From an uncultured Clostridia bacterium (GTDB lineage Bacteria > Bacillota > Clostridia > Oscillospirales > Acutalibacteraceae), in assembly GCA_947632045.1 (NCBI GenBank), contig CANRNQ010000005.1, forward strand, positions 27,484-91,483: 64,000 bases of DNA, in the 5' to 3' direction. Made by a program: the position numbers and the translations under genes. Shown in pieces: positions 60,508 to 64,000 of the stretch. A model generated the notes under the pieces. That model was not told where the DNA came from, made no database searches, and worked only from the letters and a program-made list of their open reading frames with translations. How positions within the stretch are numbered: position 1 is the first letter of the stretch; each line of letters opens with the position of its first letter.

Positions 60508-60849
60508 TCAGATCAGCTCTATAACAGCCATCTCAGCCGCGTCGCCTCTGCGAGGGCCAAGCTTTGTTATTCTTGTATAGCCGCCGTTTCTGTCGGTATA
60601 TTTCGGAGCAATCTCGTTAAAAAGCTTGTGTGTTACGTCTTCCTTTGTTACAAAGGACATCACCATACGCTTGTTGTGGAGATTGTTTTCCTTAGCTATC
60701 GTTATCATCTTCTCCGCCATAGAGCTTACCTCTTTAGCGCGAGTTACAGTAGTTTCAATTTTGCCGTTTTCAAACAGAAAGGTAACCAAGGCCCTGAGCA
60801 TCGCCGTTCTGTGGGCAGTCGTCCTTCCCAGTTTTCTCGTTCCTGGCAT
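60508..60849 (-). CDS. rplQ: 50S ribosomal protein L17
   Basis: RKLGRT..HR.AMLR, GGYTRI.K. Confidence 0.97.
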   Translation of the reverse strand: MPGTRKLGRTTAHRTAMLRALVTFLFENGKIETTVTRAKEVSSMAEKMITIAKENNLHNKRMVMSFVTKEDVTHKLFNEIAPKYTDRNGGYTRITKLGPRRGDAAEMAVIELI

Positions 60850-60884
60850 TGAAAGTCACTCCTTTGCTTAATTTTTTTAAAGGA

Positions 60885-61838
60885 TCATTCGTCGTCCTTC
60901 TGAAGACTGAAGCCAAGGCTTTGAAGCTTAAAGATCACCTCTTCAAGCGACTTTCTGCCGAGGTTCCTGACCTTCATCATGTCGTCCTCAGATTTATTTA
61001 TCAAGTCTTCTACCGTGTTGATTCCGGCGCGCTTCAGACAGTTGAACGAACGAACCGAAAGGTCGAGCTCTTCAATGGTCATTTCAAGAACCTTCTCCTT
61101 GCCCTTGTCGTCCTTTTCAACCATTATCTCTGTGCTGTGACCCTTGTCTGAGAGGTCAACAAAGAGATTAAGGTGCTCAGTGAGTACCTTTGCGGCAAGC
61201 GAAACCGCCTCCTGAGCGTTAATTACGCCGTTTGTCCATACATCAAGCGTGAGCTTGTCGTAGTCAGTGATCTGTCCCACGCGGGTGTTCTCGACCGTAT
61301 AATTCACCTTGAGAACAGGCGTGTAGATAGAGTCGATCGGAAGCACGCCGATCACGTTGTTTCCGGAGATCTGCTTATTGCGCTCGGCGGGAACATATCC
61401 TCTGCCCTTATCCAATGTTATTTCCATTATAAGCTTTGCGTCGTCCCCGAGAGAAGCAATATGCATATCCGGATTGAGGATCTCGACCTCGCTGTCGCAC
61501 TTTATCGAATCGGCGGTCACAACACACGGGCCCTCGGCGTTGATCTCGATAGTTTTTGGACCGTCGCAGTGGAGCTTTGCAGTTAAGCCCTTCATATTAA
61601 GCACGATTTCGGTTACATCCTCTTTAACGCCCGGGATCGTTGAAAATTCGTGGAGAACACCGTCAATTTTTATTGAGGTAACTGCCACACCCTCAAGGGA
61701 AGAAAGAAGAACTCTTCTCAAGCTGTTTCCGAGGGTATTGCCGAAGCCGCGCTCCAATGGCTCAACTACAAATTTGCCATATTTGCCGTCGGCGGATAAT
61801 TCTTCTATGTCTATTCTTGGCTTTTCAAATTCTATCAT
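60885..61838 (-). CDS. rpoA: RNA polymerase alpha subunit
   Basis: [35 protein letters not shown]. Confidence 0.98.
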   Translation of the reverse strand: MIEFEKPRIDIEELSADGKYGKFVVEPLERGFGNTLGNSLRRVLLSSLEGVAVTSIKIDGVLHEFSTIPGVKEDVTEIVLNMKGLTAKLHCDGPKTIEINAEGPCVVTADSIKCDSEVEILNPDMHIASLGDDAKLIMEITLDKGRGYVPAERNKQISGNNVIGVLPIDSIYTPVLKVNYTVENTRVGQITDYDKLTLDVWTNGVINAQEAVSLAAKVLTEHLNLFVDLSDKGHSTEIMVEKDDKGKEKVLEMTIEELDLSVRSFNCLKRAGINTVEDLINKSEDDMMKVRNLGRKSLEEVIFKLQSLGFSLQKDDE

Positions 61839-61910
61839 CAGCGAATCTCCTCCCTATATTAGGCGGCAAAACGCCGCCCTGCGTTTGTGTGCATACGATT
61901 GTGAAAGGGA

Positions 61911-62504
61911 TTATTTGGAATACAACTCAACGATGAGATGCTCCTCTACCGGGAAGTCTATATCCTCTCTCTCAGGCATCGCAATAACCTTGCCGCTGAG
62001 ATCATTCTCTGATTTTTCAAGCCACTTGGGAAGGAGCGTGGACTCCGTTCCTATCTCCTTATAGCGCGTTGACGATTTGCTCTTTTCTTTTACGGCAATA
62101 ACGTCGCCCACCTTTACAAGATATGACGGAATATCAACCTTTTTGCCGTTTACTGTGAAATGCGCGTGATTTACAAGCTGTCTTGCCTCTCTTCTTGTTC
62201 TTGCAAAGCCGAGCCTGAACACTACGTTATCAAGTCTGCGCTCTATTGTTGTGAGAAGAACCTCGCCCGTTTTACCCTGCGACTTTTCCGCCTTCTCATA
62301 GTACATTCTGAACTGCTTTTCCATGATACCGTATATAAACTTTACCTTCTGCTTCTCTGTGAGCTGAAGGCTGTATTCGCTCTTTTTTCTTCTCATGTTT
62401 CCGCCGGGATTTCTGTTGGAAGTCTTTTTTGAATATCCCATTACCGCGGGAGAAATTCCAAGCGCTCTGCAACGCTTTGCAATAGGCTGCATATTTTTTG
62501 CCAT
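61911..62504 (-). CDS. rpsD: 30S ribosomal protein S4
   Basis: QL.EKQK, ERRLDNVVFRLG, IVELYSK. Confidence 0.97.
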   Translation of the reverse strand: MAKNMQPIAKRCRALGISPAVMGYSKKTSNRNPGGNMRRKKSEYSLQLTEKQKVKFIYGIMEKQFRMYYEKAEKSQGKTGEVLLTTIERRLDNVVFRLGFARTRREARQLVNHAHFTVNGKKVDIPSYLVKVGDVIAVKEKSKSSTRYKEIGTESTLLPKWLEKSENDLSGKVIAMPEREDIDFPVEEHLIVELYSK

Positions 62505-62530
62505 GGGTCATTTCCTCCTTTATCTTTTGA

Positions 62531-62932
62531 CTATACGCGTCTTCTCTTGGGAGGACGGCATCCGTTGTGCGGAATAGGCGTTACGTCTTTGATCATTGAA
62601 ACCTCAAGACCGGCTGACTGCAAGGCTCTTATAGCCGCCTCGCGACCTGCTCCGGGTCCCTTTACATAAACCTCTACGGACTTCATTCCGTGCTCCATAG
62701 CCGCCTTTGCGGCTGTTTCGGCAGCTGACTGAGCGGCAAACGGAGTTGACTTTCTTGAACCTCTGAAGCCAAGCTCGCCTGCGCTTGCCCATGAAACAGC
62801 GTTGCCCTGTACGTCTGATATAGTAACGATCGTATTGTTAAAAGTAGACTGAATGTGCGCTGCTCCGCGCTCGATGTTCTTTCTCTCGCGGCGGCGGCGT
62901 ACTGTGGTCTTTTTACCCTTCGGTGCTGCCAT
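62531..62932 (-). CDS. rpsK: 30S ribosomal protein S11
   Basis: [25 protein letters not shown]. Confidence 0.98.
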   Translation of the reverse strand: MAAPKGKKTTVRRRRERKNIERGAAHIQSTFNNTIVTISDVQGNAVSWASAGELGFRGSRKSTPFAAQSAAETAAKAAMEHGMKSVEVYVKGPGAGREAAIRALQSAGLEVSMIKDVTPIPHNGCRPPKRRRV

Positions 62933-62951
62933 AGCTTAAAACCCTCCTTGC

Positions 62952-63320
62952 TTATTTCTTCTTATTGGCCATTGTCTTTCTCGGACCCTTGCGGGTGCGG
63001 GCGTTTGTCTTTGAGCGCTGACCCCTTACGGGAAGTCCCTTTCTGTGACGCACGCCGCGATAGCAGCCAATTTCAATAAGTCTTTTTATATCGAATGCGA
63101 CGTCGCGGCGAAGGTCGCCCTCCACGCGGCAGTTATGGTCGATATACTCTCTGAGTTTAGAAACATCATCTTCCGTTAAATCTCTGACACGAGTGTCGGG
63201 ATTTACCCCTGTTGCAGCAATTATGTCGCTTGCGGTCTTTCTGCCGATTCCGTAGATGTAGGTAAGACCTATCTCTATTCTTTTATCTCTCGGCAAGTCA
63301 ACACCAGATATACGAGCCAT
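62952..63320 (-). CDS. rpsM: 30S ribosomal protein S13
   Basis: [26 protein letters not shown]. Confidence 0.98.
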   Translation of the reverse strand: MARISGVDLPRDKRIEIGLTYIYGIGRKTASDIIAATGVNPDTRVRDLTEDDVSKLREYIDHNCRVEGDLRRDVAFDIKRLIEIGCYRGVRHRKGLPVRGQRSKTNARTRKGPRKTMANKKK

Positions 63321-63369
63321 TTTGTTGCACCTCCATATAATTTAATTAGTTATTTTTCTTTTTAAGGCA

Positions 63370-63516
<147 letters not shown>

Positions 63517-63735
63517 TTATTTGCTTCTCCATGTTATGCGGCCTCTTGTGAGGTCGTAGGGAGACATCTCAACCGTTACCCTGTCGCCCGGCAAAATTCT
63601 GATGAAATTCATTCTCAGCTTGCCGGAAATGTGCGCGAGGATAACCTGACCGTTCGGCAGCTCGACCTTGAACTGCGCGTTCGGCAGAGCCTCCGTGACT
63701 GTGCCTTCAATTTCGATAACGTCCTGCTTTGACAT
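63517..63735 (-). CDS. infA: Translation initiation factor IF-1
   Basis: [19 protein letters not shown]. Confidence 0.98.
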   Translation of the reverse strand: MSKQDVIEIEGTVTEALPNAQFKVELPNGQVILAHISGKLRMNFIRILPGDRVTVEMSPYDLTRGRITWRSK

Positions 63736-63775
63736 AAAATTACCTCCTCATATCGCGCCTGTGGGCTTTTAGCCT

Positions 63776-64000
63776 TTAAAGCTCCGCCGAGTCCTCGTTA
63801 AAGGCTCTCAGCGCCGCCCTGAGCTGCTTGTTGGTATTCAATGATTCCTGCGGAATAACCGTGCTTGTGAGAAAAAGATGCTTTGGATTTTTCCTCTTGG
63901 GCAGCTCGAGCCGCCTCGTTCTGCCGTCGGCAATATAAGCATATTCATCGTCAAGCGAGATAACAACAAAAAATCCGTCTTTATCTCTGCCGCTTTTCGC
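63776..64000 (-). CDS. KOW-domain (L14e-like) RNA-binding protein, 5' end off window
   Basis: ..AKSGRDKDGFFVVI..YIADG..R.LELPKRKN.KHL; usual position upstream of infA. Confidence 0.85.
   Translation of the reverse strand, partial: AKSGRDKDGFFVVISLDDEYAYIADGRTRRLELPKRKNPKHLFLTSTVIPQESLNTNKQLRAALRAFNEDSAEL

Overview
A 64-kb chromosomal window from a spore-forming Clostridia genome. Gene content and dockerin style suggest Oscillospiraceae/Ruminococcaceae (inference). Most genes lie on the minus strand. Core functions: pcrA, prfB (no internal frameshift), ilvBNC, secG, Rqc2/FbpA, a 2-hydroxyacyl-CoA dehydratase/activase pair, cysS-pgsA-rimO-recX-recA, prmC, a lipoprotein-RR-HK cassette, trmB, rpmB, gpr-spoIIP, three tRNAs, and the distal ribosomal operon (infA-rpmJ-rpsM-rpsK-rpsD-rpoA-rplQ). 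Accessory content: (i) a membrane-anchored cohesin-like protein beside a mosaic dockerin-bearing C-type-lectin/putative-peptidase protein, plus a second dockerin-bearing C1A peptidase; (ii) a decayed, ICE-derived cargo block downstream of tRNA-Leu(GAG) with HIT, two ABC pairs, TetR, MATE, LacI, a Cys-rich KTR remnant, and AraC and AAC(3) pseudogenes; (iii) a macrodomain-HTH / vWA pair with a palindrome at the vWA -35 position. The most striking non-coding signals are three dispersed copies of a nested inverted-doublet (four-way-junction, REPIN-like) element with covarying stems and GNA triloops, a 247-bp tandem array built from hairpin modules, and an unannotated promoter-driven structured transcript convergent with prfB. 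No transposase, integrase, cas gene or CRISPR array is visible.
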